Below are positions 38,973 to 49,240 of a stretch of 64,000 nt of DNA, in pieces. The notes beneath the pieces were generated by a model. It was not told the origin of the DNA. It saw only the letters and a program-made list of their open reading frames with translations, and searched no databases. Every line of letters begins with the position of its first letter. Position 1 is the first letter of the stretch. The stretch comes from Candidatus Latescibacterota bacterium (GTDB taxonomy: Bacteria; Latescibacterota; UBA2968; UBA8231), in the NCBI GenBank assembly GCA_965206595.1, contig OZ242214.1, forward strand, positions 3,488,001 to 3,552,000, read 5' to 3'. The position numbers and the translations under genes are program-made.

Positions 38973-39006
38973 TAGTGGTCATTTTTCGATAGTGGCCATT
39001 TTTCGA
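38973..39006. repeat. 17-bp tandem direct repeat TAGTGG(T/C)CATTTTTCGA x2
   Basis: Copies at 38973-38989 and 38990-39006 differ at one base. A partial third copy TAGTGATCATT at 38963-38973 overlaps the start codon. Confidence 0.8.
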
Positions 39007-39040
39007 TGGCTTCTCCGGGCAGGTAGGGGCCGGATCGATT

Positions 39041-41068
39041 ATGATTTTTGGGCTGCTGTGGCGGGTGAGTGTAGTTTGTATGGCAATCGCGACGCACGCC
39101 CAGTTGACCGGGCGTGGTGCAAAGGAACAGCGAAAAACTCCAGTGGTCAAGCAATTTCAAGCAGTCGTACGGCGTTCTGAGCGTCCTGGCAACGGCTACC
39201 GGCCGGCATGGTCCAGCCCTTCCCGGGAAAGGCCACCGGGCCGCGTCCGCAAACAGCCTCAAGTACCTGTAAAGCCGCACCTTGCATCGATTCCCAGGGC
39301 CGTGTGTGCATTCCTGGGGCTCCTGGCCTGCTCCCCGGAGCCGGAGGATTTCGCCGAGGAGGGCCTCGACCCTGCGGCGCGCAGCGCCCTGGCGCAGTAC
39401 TCCGAGGTGGCGGTGCAGAATCCCGGCCAACCGCAGGCCCATTACAATCTCGGCGTGGCCCTTGCCCGCGCCGGCCGTCACGAGGAAGCGGAAGCGAGCT
39501 ACCGCCGGGCACTCGAACTCGAACCGGAATACGCCCTCAGTTATCAGGGGCTGGGCCAGCTCGCCTTCCGCCGCGGCGCCAACGATGTCGCCGCGAGCTA
39601 CTTTCGCCGCGCCATCGCCGTCGACAGCACTCTTGCCGTGGCCCACAACAACTTGGGCCACATCAACCACCGCAGGGGAGAGATCGAGCTTGGGGTCCAC
39701 CACTACGAGCGCGCGGTCCGCCACGAACCAGAGCAGGCTCAGTACCTGGTGAATCTCGGGCTCGCCTACCGCGCCCTAGGCCGCTACGACCGCGCCTTGG
39801 GAATGGTCGAGCGCGCCGCATTTCTCGACAGCACGTTGCAGAACCTCGATGCCATCCTCGCGTCTCTGTACCTCGCTGAACAGCTTCTGCCGGAGGCTCT
39901 CGCCGCATACCGGAAACTGGTCGACCGAGGGGCCGGCCCCGATGCCCACATGGGGCTCGGGGATGTGTATGCAATGCTGGTTGAGCTCGACAAGTCTTCC
40001 ACCCAATACCGGCGCGTGCTGGAGCTGGAGCCTGAAAACCCGGAAGCGCATCACAAGCTGGCCAGGGTGCTCGACTACCAGGGGAATCTGCCCGAGGCCA
40101 TCGAACTGCTGGAGGCAGCGGTGGGCTTGGATGAAACCTCGGTGCCGGCGCTGCAGTCTCTCGCCGTACTCTACGGGAAACAGTCGCGTCACGAAGACGC
40201 GGAACGCGTGCTCTCGAAAGCACGCGCCCTCGACGGCGAAAACGTAGACACTCTGCTGCTTCTGGGAGAGCTGTACACCCGCCGGGGGCGCTACGAGGAA
40301 GCCGAATCGGCCCTGGTCTCCGCGCGCGACCGCCAGCCCTCCCGCGGCGAGTGCTGGCGCCTGCTGGGCATGCTTTATAATGACTGGGGTCGCGGCCGGG
40401 AGGCCGAGAGGGCCTTGCGCAGGGCGGTGGAGCTCGAGCCGACGGCAGCGCCCACGCATTTCAACCTCGCCACGGCGCTTCGCAGTCTCGGAAAGGGAGC
40501 CGCGGCCGACAGCAGTATGCGGCGCTTCGAGATGCTGCGCAGGATCTCCGAGGAGATCGCCGAGAGGAAGGGGACGCTGCACCAGACTCCAGGCGACATC
40601 GAAAAGCGCCTTACCCTGGTGCGACATCACCTGATGCTCGGCCAAAGGGAGCAGGCCTTGGTGCAGTACCAGGCCGTTCTCGCTTTCGACCCGTCTCATG
40701 TTGAGGCCCGACTGGCGCTGGTTCGCATGTACGTCGAGCAGGGCCAGACCCCAACCGCACTCAGGCTCTGCGTGGAAGGGATCGAGCGCTATCCGGACCT
40801 CCCCGATCTCGAGCGCCTTTATTTCGCCGCCGGGCAGGTGTACTTCACCGCCGGCCGCACGACCGAGGCGGAGGCTGCCTGGAAGCGGGCTCTCGAGCTC
40901 GATCCCGGGTACGACGAGGTGCATTTCGTGCTCGGGGCCCTGTACGAAAGCACGGGCCGCGACGACCTCGCCAGGGATGCCTACCGTTCGTTCCTTCAGC
41001 GTTGGGATTCCGATTCGCCGAAGGCGGCCGCCGCCCGGGAAGGCCTGGAGCGCCTCGCCTCGCGCTGA
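39041..41068 (+). CDS. TPR repeat protein, probable lipoprotein (start uncertain)
   Basis: Many TPR units (AHYNLGVAL, AHNNLG, YLVNLG, AHHKLA). LGLLAC lipobox-like segment. Stop overlaps the next ATG. Confidence 0.85.
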   Translation: MIFGLLWRVSVVCMAIATHAQLTGRGAKEQRKTPVVKQFQAVVRRSERPGNGYRPAWSSPSRERPPGRVRKQPQVPVKPHLASIPRAVCAFLGLLACSPEPEDFAEEGLDPAARSALAQYSEVAVQNPGQPQAHYNLGVALARAGRHEEAEASYRRALELEPEYALSYQGLGQLAFRRGANDVAASYFRRAIAVDSTLAVAHNNLGHINHRRGEIELGVHHYERAVRHEPEQAQYLVNLGLAYRALGRYDRALGMVERAAFLDSTLQNLDAILASLYLAEQLLPEALAAYRKLVDRGAGPDAHMGLGDVYAMLVELDKSSTQYRRVLELEPENPEAHHKLARVLDYQGNLPEAIELLEAAVGLDETSVPALQSLAVLYGKQSRHEDAERVLSKARALDGENVDTLLLLGELYTRRGRYEEAESALVSARDRQPSRGECWRLLGMLYNDWGRGREAERALRRAVELEPTAAPTHFNLATALRSLGKGAAADSSMRRFEMLRRISEEIAERKGTLHQTPGDIEKRLTLVRHHLMLGQREQALVQYQAVLAFDPSHVEARLALVRMYVEQGQTPTALRLCVEGIERYPDLPDLERLYFAAGQVYFTAGRTTEAEAAWKRALELDPGYDEVHFVLGALYESTGRDDLARDAYRSFLQRWDSDSPKAAAAREGLERLASR

Positions 41069-42870
41069 TGGCCGTCGTCCGTACGGCTGCGGTTCTCGCT
41101 GTCTTCGCCGCAGCAGGCTGTCGGGAGGCCTGCCCGCCGAAAAGCGCGCAACCACCCGCTGACACGGCGGCAACGGAAGCTCCCGTCCGCTTCGTCGACA
41201 TCGCCCAGGCATCCGGCCTCGTTTTTCGACACACCAACGGAGCGACCCCACACAAATACTTCCCGGAAACCGCAGGCGGAGGGGGCATGTTCTGGGACTA
41301 CGACGACGATGGCCTCCTCGACATCTACCTGGTCAACAGCGGCTGGGTGGTGGAGGAAGACCGCGGGAAACCGGTGTACAACGCCCTCTACCACAACACC
41401 GGCGCCGGCAGGCTCGCGGAGGTGGCTGCCCGGGCGGGGGTAGACGACGAAGGCTACGGGATGGGGTGCGCGGCCGGCGACTACGACAACGACGGCGACC
41501 CGGATCTCTTCGTCACCAACTACGGACCGAACAGCTTCTACAGGAACGATCGCGGCAGTCGCCCTTCCACCGGGCCGCCTTCCTTCACCGGGGTATCCCA
41601 AGCGCTCGAGGTTGCCGACGACCGCTGGGGAACGGGCAGCGCCTTCGCCGACTACGACCGCGACGGCGATCTCGATCTCTACGTCGCAAACTACGTCGAC
41701 TACAACCCCCACCGGGACGCCGACGCTGCCACCCCCTACCTGCCGATCCAGGACATCGGCAAGTACGAGGGGGACATCCGGGCCTACCCCCATCCCGGGG
41801 CCTTCCGCGGCAGCGCCGACATCCTGTATCGAAACGAAGGAGATTCCGGGTTCCGCGAAGTGACGCGCGAGGCCGGCGTCTACGACGAAAGCGGCAAGGG
41901 GCTCGGGGTGATCTTCGGGGACTGCAACGGCGACGGCTGGCCCGATCTCTACGTCGCCAACGACCTGGTGCGCAACTTCTTCTTCGTCAACAACGGGGAC
42001 GGAACCTTTGAAGAGGTGGCGCTGCGCGCGGGGACCTCCTTCGGGCAGGACGGAAAGGTCGAGGCCGGGATGGGTGCGGATTTCGGCGACTACGACAACG
42101 ACGGCGACCTCGACATCACCGTGACCAACTTCCAGAAGGAGCCAAACAGCCTTTACCGCAACGAGGGCAACGGCTTCTTCGCCAACCAGACCTTCGCCTC
42201 GGGAATCGGGCTGATCTCGCTGCCTCCCCTGGGTTTCGGGACCGGTTTCTTCGACTACGACAACGACGGACTGCTCGACCTGTTCGTCGCCAACGGACAC
42301 GTCCTCGACAACGTCGAGCTGTTCGACAGGTCGACGACATACTCCCAGGCCAACCAGTTGCTGCGCAACCTCGGGCCCGGCAAGTACGGCAGGTTCACTT
42401 TCGCCGACGTGACGGCCGCTTCGGGGTCTGGGATGCAGCTGGTGCAGCCGAGCCGAGGCAGCGCCGCCGGGGACTTGGACAACGACGGCGATGTCGATCT
42501 GCTGATCGTCAATCTCGGGGAAACCGCGGTGCTGCTGCGCAACGACGACGGCAACCGCGGCAACTGGCTGTCGATCGAAACGGAGGGCGTTGCCAGCAAC
42601 CGCGACGGCATCGGCGCCCGCATCCGCGTCGTTTCCGGCGACCTCGCCCAAGCCAGGGAGGTGCGGGGCAGCCGCAGCTACCTTTCGCAAAGCGACCTGC
42701 GCGTGCACTTCGGGTTGGGCGAACGCACCCTCGTCGACAGCCTCATGATCTCGTGGCCCGCCGGCGGAAGCGATCTCGTGACCAGCGTCGCGGTCAATCA
42801 GTTTCTCCTGGTTCGCGAGGGCGCCGGCACCGCCGCCCACCGCGAACCGAGGCAGGCTGGCTCGATTTGA
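41068..42870 (+). CDS. CRTAC1-family FG-GAP protein with ASPIC/UnbV domain, probable lipoprotein
   Basis: TGATG overlap, AAGC lipobox, repeated DYDNDGDxD, SNRDGIGA, SYLSQS, HFGLG, SWP. Confidence 0.9.
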   Translation: MAVVRTAAVLAVFAAAGCREACPPKSAQPPADTAATEAPVRFVDIAQASGLVFRHTNGATPHKYFPETAGGGGMFWDYDDDGLLDIYLVNSGWVVEEDRGKPVYNALYHNTGAGRLAEVAARAGVDDEGYGMGCAAGDYDNDGDPDLFVTNYGPNSFYRNDRGSRPSTGPPSFTGVSQALEVADDRWGTGSAFADYDRDGDLDLYVANYVDYNPHRDADAATPYLPIQDIGKYEGDIRAYPHPGAFRGSADILYRNEGDSGFREVTREAGVYDESGKGLGVIFGDCNGDGWPDLYVANDLVRNFFFVNNGDGTFEEVALRAGTSFGQDGKVEAGMGADFGDYDNDGDLDITVTNFQKEPNSLYRNEGNGFFANQTFASGIGLISLPPLGFGTGFFDYDNDGLLDLFVANGHVLDNVELFDRSTTYSQANQLLRNLGPGKYGRFTFADVTAASGSGMQLVQPSRGSAAGDLDNDGDVDLLIVNLGETAVLLRNDDGNRGNWLSIETEGVASNRDGIGARIRVVSGDLAQAREVRGSRSYLSQSDLRVHFGLGERTLVDSLMISWPAGGSDLVTSVAVNQFLLVREGAGTAAHREPRQAGSI

Positions 42871-43059
42871 CGCGGAACCGGACGGCTTCGGCCCCGGCAG
42901 CGAGGTGTCCGCAGCGCTGAGAAACGCTACCCAGGCACGAGAACGGCGCCCCTGGTGCCCCATTCTCCTGGCTCGGATTGCCCTGAGAGAACAGGACGAG
43001 CCGGCGGTGTATCCGGTGATGCTTCCTCCCCTGCAACGGCCACCCGAACCGGAAAAAAG

Positions 43060-45009
43060 GTGACTCCTCCCGTGCAGCGATTTCCCTTCCGGGCCGTCGG
43101 CGTCGGCGCCCTGATGGCCTTTGCCATAGCCACCGTATTTCCCTACGGGGTCCTCGTCAGGGGAACCTCCATCGGCCCCACCGATTTCATCGCCTCGGAG
43201 TCGCTGTTTCTGCTGTTCCTGCTGGTCGTCGTCAACACCCCGGCGAGGTGGCTGCTTCCGCGATTTGCCTTCTCGGCTCACGAGCTGGTCGTCATCTACG
43301 CGATGATGATCGCCGCTTCCGCCGTGCCCATCATCGGCGTCACCGCTCAGCTCATCCCCTTTCTACCGGGTGTCTACTACTTCGCCACTCCCGAGAACCA
43401 CTGGGACGAACTGATCCACCCCTACGTTAAATCCTGGCTGGTACCCCAGGACGAGGACGCCATCCGCTACTTCTTCGAGGGCCTGCCGCAGGGGCTGTCG
43501 ATCCCCTGGGACGCGTGGATGGTGCCGCTGCTTATGTGGGGGTCCTTCATGCTCTCCCTCTACCTGATGATGATCGCGGTGGCGACGCTGATGCACAGGC
43601 GCTGGCAGGACGAACGCCTCGTGTACCCGCTCGTGCAGCTGCCCCTCGACATGGTGTCGGAGGATGGGAGCGGCTCACCGGTGAACCGGTTCCTCAAGAG
43701 CCCGTTGATGTGGATGGGGTTCGCCATCCCCTTCGCGCTGCTCAGCTTCTCCGGTCTCCACGCCCATTTCCCCGCCATCCCCGGCCTCGAGCTCAGCACC
43801 CGGATACCGCTGTTCTACGGCATGAAGGGATTGGGGTACGCCCAGGACGAGGTCTTCGTGTCGTTGCGCTTCCTCCTCATCGGACTGAGCTACTTCGTCC
43901 CTCTCGAAGTGTCGTTCAGCCTGTGGTTCTTCTACCTGCTGAACCACCTGCAGGTCGGCCTCTTCACGCGCATCGGTTTCGACGTGCCGGGGTTCCAGGA
44001 ACTGCATTCGGAAGGGACCATCGCCAGCGCCCATCAGGGAATGGGGGCGATGATCGCCCTGGTGGCGGTTTCCCTGTGGACGGCGAGGCGCCACCTGTCC
44101 CGCGCCTTTCGGGCTGCGTTCCCGGGAGGCGCTGCCGGCGACGGGGAGGAGATGCTTCGCTACCGCACCTGTATCTGGATGCTGCTCGCCGCGGCGGCGT
44201 ACGCGGTGGCCTGGCTGAACGCGGCCGGGGTGCCGGTCGCCGTCGCCATGGCGCTGCTCGCGGTGGCGTTTGTCGTCTTCATCGGTCTGACACGGGTGGT
44301 CGCCGAAGGTGGGATCGGTTACGGGCGGGCGACCATGACCCCGATGGGGTTCACCGTGCACCTGTTCGGGACTGCGCAGATTGGTCCCGGGGGGCTGACG
44401 CATTTCGCCCTCGCCCACGGCTGGGGCGGCGACATTCGCACCACGGTGATGACGTCGGCGGCGAACGGCCTCAAACTCGCGACGGCCACCGGTACCCGGC
44501 GGCAACCGCTGTTCTGGGCGATTCTCATCGCGGTGACCGTGGCGCTGGCCGGCTCCGCCTGGACCGTGATAACCGCAGGCTACGCCCACGGGGGGATCAA
44601 CCTGCACTACTGGTTCTACGGCCGTTTCGGGCAGTGGGCGTACGAGCAGCTTGCGATCAAGCAGCTCAACCCGATACCGGACTGGAACATCCTCGGGCCT
44701 CGGGGGCTGTTCACGGCACTCGGCGCCGGCGTGATGGCGCTGCTGATGTTTCTCCGCCACCGGTTTCTCGGCTGGCCCCTGCATTACATCGGCTTTCCGG
44801 TCGCCGGCACCTACGTCATGTTCTTCGCCTGGTTCGGCCTCTTCACCGGCTGGCTGTTCAAGCTCGTCATCCTCAGGTACGGGGGCAGCCGCCTCTACCT
44901 GCGCCTGCGGCCCTTCTTCCTTGGGATGGTGCTTGGAAACATCGTCTGCGCCGGTTTCTGGATGGCCGTGACCCTGATCACCGGGGTGCGCGCCCCCATT
45001 CCGCTTTGA
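43060..45009 (+). CDS. DUF6785/DUF6784-like polytopic membrane protein
   Basis: YFATPENHW, FFEGLPQG, ERLVYPLVQ, AHQGMGA, WPLHYIG, RYGG..LY..RPFFLG. GTG 43060 gives the same length class as the 652-aa paralogue. Confidence 0.75.
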   Translation: MTPPVQRFPFRAVGVGALMAFAIATVFPYGVLVRGTSIGPTDFIASESLFLLFLLVVVNTPARWLLPRFAFSAHELVVIYAMMIAASAVPIIGVTAQLIPFLPGVYYFATPENHWDELIHPYVKSWLVPQDEDAIRYFFEGLPQGLSIPWDAWMVPLLMWGSFMLSLYLMMIAVATLMHRRWQDERLVYPLVQLPLDMVSEDGSGSPVNRFLKSPLMWMGFAIPFALLSFSGLHAHFPAIPGLELSTRIPLFYGMKGLGYAQDEVFVSLRFLLIGLSYFVPLEVSFSLWFFYLLNHLQVGLFTRIGFDVPGFQELHSEGTIASAHQGMGAMIALVAVSLWTARRHLSRAFRAAFPGGAAGDGEEMLRYRTCIWMLLAAAAYAVAWLNAAGVPVAVAMALLAVAFVVFIGLTRVVAEGGIGYGRATMTPMGFTVHLFGTAQIGPGGLTHFALAHGWGGDIRTTVMTSAANGLKLATATGTRRQPLFWAILIAVTVALAGSAWTVITAGYAHGGINLHYWFYGRFGQWAYEQLAIKQLNPIPDWNILGPRGLFTALGAGVMALLMFLRHRFLGWPLHYIGFPVAGTYVMFFAWFGLFTGWLFKLVILRYGGSRLYLRLRPFFLGMVLGNIVCAGFWMAVTLITGVRAPIPL

Positions 45010-45132
45010 GGCGGAGGCGCAGACGGCCTCCCCATCTCCACGGCCGGGAGGATCAGCCCCGATGCCCCGGCCCCGGGGATGCGCAGGGTCGCACTTTGTT
45101 TCCCCCCGCCGGCGACGAGCCAAGTTCCCCGG

Positions 45133-47343
45133 TCATCGCTTCATGTCGCCGAACCTGAGCACGGGCGGTGAGACGACCCTGAATTCGGGATTTCCCTCTT
45201 CGATTACGAGAAAGGCATCCATCGGAACCCCGGTGAAGACCTGGACATCTCCCGAGGCCGGCCAGGAGACCTCCAGCCTGTCGACCCTGTGCGCTGCCCC
45301 CAGGCCGATTGTCTGGCGCAGCGGATTGGCTCCGAAAGAGCCGCCGCTGTCGACGTGCTTGAAGATCGTGCGCCCACCCTGTTCGCCACTGACGTCGACG
45401 CGGATGCGGGCGCCGATGGCGGAACGATTGGAACGGGTCCCTGTAAGGTGGATGGCGATCCAGTGGTTTCCGAACCCGGGATTCTCGTAGAAGCTGTCGA
45501 GGTAACCGTCTCCCTTGTACGCCCCTCCCATCTGCGCGAAGACATCCTGGTCTCCGTCGTTGTCGAAATCGGCAAAGGCGACGCCGTGGCCTTTCTGCAG
45601 ATGGCCGAACCCACCTGCCGTGGTCACGTCGGCGAAGCGTTTTCCGGCGACGTTGAGGTACATGAGGTTGGGCATCAGCTCGCCGTAGTCGGTATCCCCG
45701 GTCCCGAGGTAGAAGTCGCAGAAGCCGTCGTTGTCGAGGTCTCCGAAGTTGGCTCCCATCGGTTTCGTCGGCTTGACGAGGTTCGCCTGCCGCGCGACGT
45801 CGACGAAGCCGCCCTTGCCGTCGCCGCGATACAGGCGCGACAGCCCGGCGCGGAACGAAAGCCCGAGGTAGGATGCGGCGACGTCGGCCACCCCGGCCTC
45901 GTAGGAAGCGACGTACAGATCGAGGTGGCCGTCGTTGTCGAAGTCCCAGAACCAGCAGGGAAAACTGTGCCTCGGCCCGGCTACCCCGAGGTCGGCGGCG
46001 ACGTCGGCGAACCCCCCGGCGCCGTTGTTGCGGTACATGCGGTTGGCGCCGCCGAGGTTGGAGACGTACAAGTCGGGGAAGCCGTCGGCGTCGTAGTCCC
46101 CCCAGACCGCGGCTTTCGCATAGCGATCGTTGACCACCCCTGCCGCCGCGGCGACTTCGCAAAAGGTGCCCTCCCCCTCGTTGCGGAACAGCTGCGACGG
46201 GGATATCTGCCAGTCCGAGGATTCGTTGCCGATGTAGACGTCGACGTCGCCGTCGTTGTCGAAATCCGCCCAGGCCCCCGTCTGCGTCGGGAAATGCCCT
46301 TCTCCCATACCCGCGGCAAAGGTCGCGTCGGAAAACCTGGCGCTCCCCTCGGATGCGTCCGACACGTTGCGAAGCAGCGAGTTGGGATGCCGCCCCGCTT
46401 CGGCGAACCAGCCGCCGCGAAGCACGAGGAGGTCGAGCCGGCCATCGTTGTCGTAGTCGGCCTGCACGAGATTGAGCCCCCCGACGATACCGGTGAGCTG
46501 CGCTTTTTCCGTTTCGTCCGCAAAGCCTGCCGCGTCGTTGCGCAGGAACCGCAACTGGCCCCCGATGTCGGAGGTCGATACAACGAGGTCGAGCAGACCG
46601 TCGTTGTCGAAGTCGTCGGCCACGGCGCCCCCCGATAGACTGAAAGTTCCGACCCCCAGGGCCGGACCGATGTTGGTAAAACGCGGAAACTCCGCCTCCG
46701 AGTCGAAAGCCGAGGGAGGAACCAGGTGCTCGGGGGGAACTCCGGAGGGGTACTCGCCGACCGTCATGAAGGCGATGTTGAGCAACCATCTCGCCTCGAG
46801 GCGGAGGGCAGTGGCGCTCTCCGGAGAGGAGGCGAGGATACGCTCGAGCCGGATGATCGCCTGCCGCGACCCCTCCTGTTTCAGGTGCACGCCCCCGCCC
46901 CTGATCGGCAGCAGGCAGCTGTCCGGAGAATTCCGCAGGCAACAGTTCTCGGTCTCTCCCAGGCGCAGGTAAGCCAGCGCCAGGCGCATGCCGACAGCGT
47001 TGCGGAAATCGGAGGAGGAGCTGCGCCCGGCGAGCAGGCGCTCGGCCTCGGAAAGGCGCCCGATCGCCGCGGCTTCCTCGCCGAGAAAGAGCTCGGCCAC
47101 CCCGAGATCGAAGTTCAGCCTGGCGCGCTCCTGAACGGACGCCGCGGCCGGCAGGGAGGCGAGCTCCGTCCGCAAGCGCTCCGCTTCCGCCACTCCCTGG
47201 TAGGGATTGGCCGCCAGGGTCGCGGCGCTCACCGCCCGGAGCTCGCCGAGCATGCGTTCGTGCGCAGGCCCGGCAGCCCATGCGGTTGCGGCCGCCGCCC
47301 CGCACAAGAGGAGGGCTGTTCCGATAGTCGAAAGCGATTTCAT
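45133..47343 (-). CDS. CRTAC1-family protein with N-terminal helical (TPR-like) domain and ASPIC/UnbV domain
   Basis: Signal peptide MKSLSTIG, ETENCC..SC motif, DFDNDG repeats, GHLQKGHGVAF, SNRSAIGA, GGSFG, IGLG, SWP. Confidence 0.9.
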   Translation of the reverse strand: MKSLSTIGTALLLCGAAAATAWAAGPAHERMLGELRAVSAATLAANPYQGVAEAERLRTELASLPAAASVQERARLNFDLGVAELFLGEEAAAIGRLSEAERLLAGRSSSSDFRNAVGMRLALAYLRLGETENCCLRNSPDSCLLPIRGGGVHLKQEGSRQAIIRLERILASSPESATALRLEARWLLNIAFMTVGEYPSGVPPEHLVPPSAFDSEAEFPRFTNIGPALGVGTFSLSGGAVADDFDNDGLLDLVVSTSDIGGQLRFLRNDAAGFADETEKAQLTGIVGGLNLVQADYDNDGRLDLLVLRGGWFAEAGRHPNSLLRNVSDASEGSARFSDATFAAGMGEGHFPTQTGAWADFDNDGDVDVYIGNESSDWQISPSQLFRNEGEGTFCEVAAAAGVVNDRYAKAAVWGDYDADGFPDLYVSNLGGANRMYRNNGAGGFADVAADLGVAGPRHSFPCWFWDFDNDGHLDLYVASYEAGVADVAASYLGLSFRAGLSRLYRGDGKGGFVDVARQANLVKPTKPMGANFGDLDNDGFCDFYLGTGDTDYGELMPNLMYLNVAGKRFADVTTAGGFGHLQKGHGVAFADFDNDGDQDVFAQMGGAYKGDGYLDSFYENPGFGNHWIAIHLTGTRSNRSAIGARIRVDVSGEQGGRTIFKHVDSGGSFGANPLRQTIGLGAAHRVDRLEVSWPASGDVQVFTGVPMDAFLVIEEGNPEFRVVSPPVLRFGDMKR

Positions 47344-47517
47344 GATTTCCGGCAGCGATTGTCCCGGTTTCGAAAAATACCGTTCGCCATTTCCCCTTCC
47401 AATCGCCGCCCCCTTCCCATGCTTCCGCAAGGCGGGAACATGGCGTCCGTGCGCCTACCGATGCAGTTCCGCATCTTTTTCCCCGTCAACTCCAACGAAA
47501 TCAACGGCGAGGACGGT

Positions 47518-49053
47518 TTGTCACCCCCTGTTCCAGCAGACTCCTGCAATACGATACGCACATGGATACCGGCGGCGTTGCTCGCCGCCGCCCTGGCCTC
47601 CTGCTCGGAGGAGATCGACGAGAACACGGCGCTGGGCATACGCCACTTCACCACCGGGGATCTCACCGTCGCCCTGGAGGCCCTCCAGGCAGCCGAACGC
47701 GAGGGAGCCGACGACGAGGTCACCTACAGCTACCTGGCGCGTACCCACCTGGGTCTCGGCAAGTACGGTGAGGCGCACGAGGCGATCGAAAAGGGGATCG
47801 CCCTGGACCCGAAACAGGCCCAGCTGCACGAAATCCACGGCTCCGTGCATGCGGCCCGTTATGCCGCCCGCGCCTGGACGGAGATCCAGGATCGGGATGC
47901 CGAGGACGCCGTGAACGCCTACTCCCAGGCCATCGAGCTCGATCCCGGCCGCCCCTCTCCGCATTACAACCTCGGGGTCATGCACAGCTACCGCGACAGC
48001 GCAAGGCTGGCCGAGGCCGCCTTTCGCGCCGCCCTCAAAGCGGATCCGGACATGGCCCAGGCGCACAAGAAACTGGGCCGGATCCTGCGCCACAAAGGCC
48101 GCGCAGAAGAGGCCGCAGCGGCGTTCGAGCAGGCGGTCGAGCATGCCCCGGGCGACGCCGAAGCTCACTACCGCCTCGGGTTGTCCTACCGGGATCTGGG
48201 ACGTTTCGAGGAGGCCGCCGAGGTCATGGAGAAGGCGGTGGAGCTCAACCCCCAGGCCGCCAGGCTGCGCCTTACCCTGGGGAACCTCTACATGCGCCTC
48301 GGCAGGCGGGAGGACGGCAGGCGCGAGATGGAACTCTCCGAGGAGCTGCGCCGCAAGATGCAGGGGCTGCACGCCGAGATCACCCCCCCGGACGGCCCCG
48401 TCGTTTCCATCGGCACGCTCAAGGACCACTACCACCTCGGCTACAAGTACATGCTGGCAGGCGACCTGCCTGGCGCCCTCCTGGAATTCCGGCGCGCGAT
48501 GGAAATCGACCCGGAACACCGGGACTCCATCACCGGTCTGGCAATGGTCCTGACGCGGCTGGGGCGGCTGGACGAGGCCGCGGTCCAATTCGAGAAGAGC
48601 TCCGACCTCGACCCGGGCGACCCGCTCGGACACGCGCGTCTCGGAGGTCTCTATCTGCAACTCGGAGAGCTGGCCGCCTCCCGGCGGGCTTTCGAGCAGG
48701 CCGCGAAGCTCGACAGCACGATACCGGAGGTCTTCGGCAGCCTGGGGATGGTCGCCGCCCGCATGGACGATCCCGGCGTCGCGGTGGCCTATTTCTCGAA
48801 GGCGCTTGCCCTGCAGCCCGACTACCTCGAAGCACAGATCGGAATCGGAGTCACCCACTTCCGGCTCGGCCGCTTCGAGGAGGCCGCGGCTGCCTACCAA
48901 CGGGCGCTCGATCTCGACCCGGACAACCTCCGCGTCCTCGTGTATCTCGGGGACGCCAGCAAGAAGCTCGGCCGGCTCGATGAGAGCGGAAAACTGTACG
49001 AAAGAGCGCGCACGCTGAGGCGGGAACAGCTCGAAGGGCCCGGACCCGAATAG
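47518..49053 (+). CDS. TPR repeat lipoprotein (start uncertain, alternative ATG 47440)
   Basis: LASC lipobox. TPR units PHYNLG, AHKKLG, AHYRLG, GHARLG. Confidence 0.85.
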   Translation: MSPPVPADSCNTIRTWIPAALLAAALASCSEEIDENTALGIRHFTTGDLTVALEALQAAEREGADDEVTYSYLARTHLGLGKYGEAHEAIEKGIALDPKQAQLHEIHGSVHAARYAARAWTEIQDRDAEDAVNAYSQAIELDPGRPSPHYNLGVMHSYRDSARLAEAAFRAALKADPDMAQAHKKLGRILRHKGRAEEAAAAFEQAVEHAPGDAEAHYRLGLSYRDLGRFEEAAEVMEKAVELNPQAARLRLTLGNLYMRLGRREDGRREMELSEELRRKMQGLHAEITPPDGPVVSIGTLKDHYHLGYKYMLAGDLPGALLEFRRAMEIDPEHRDSITGLAMVLTRLGRLDEAAVQFEKSSDLDPGDPLGHARLGGLYLQLGELAASRRAFEQAAKLDSTIPEVFGSLGMVAARMDDPGVAVAYFSKALALQPDYLEAQIGIGVTHFRLGRFEEAAAAYQRALDLDPDNLRVLVYLGDASKKLGRLDESGKLYERARTLRREQLEGPGPE

Positions 49054-49099
49054 TCGGGCAAGGCCAGATCGGAAACACCCCTTCCCGCCCACCCGGTCC

Positions 49100-49116
49100 C
49101 GCCCCTTCGAGGGGCG
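49100..49116. terminator. GC-rich hairpin between convergent genes
   Basis: CGCCCCT-TCG-AGGGGCG perfect stem with no long U tract. Confidence 0.35.
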
Positions 49117-49240
49117 TTCCCCCCAGGCGAGGACAAACTCCCCGAACCATCGCATGACCGCCCTCCGGGGCTGTCCCGGCAACACCGGACGCCTTCCTTC
49201 CCCAATATTCGGTCCGCTGTCCTATCCGGTTGCCGCGGCA

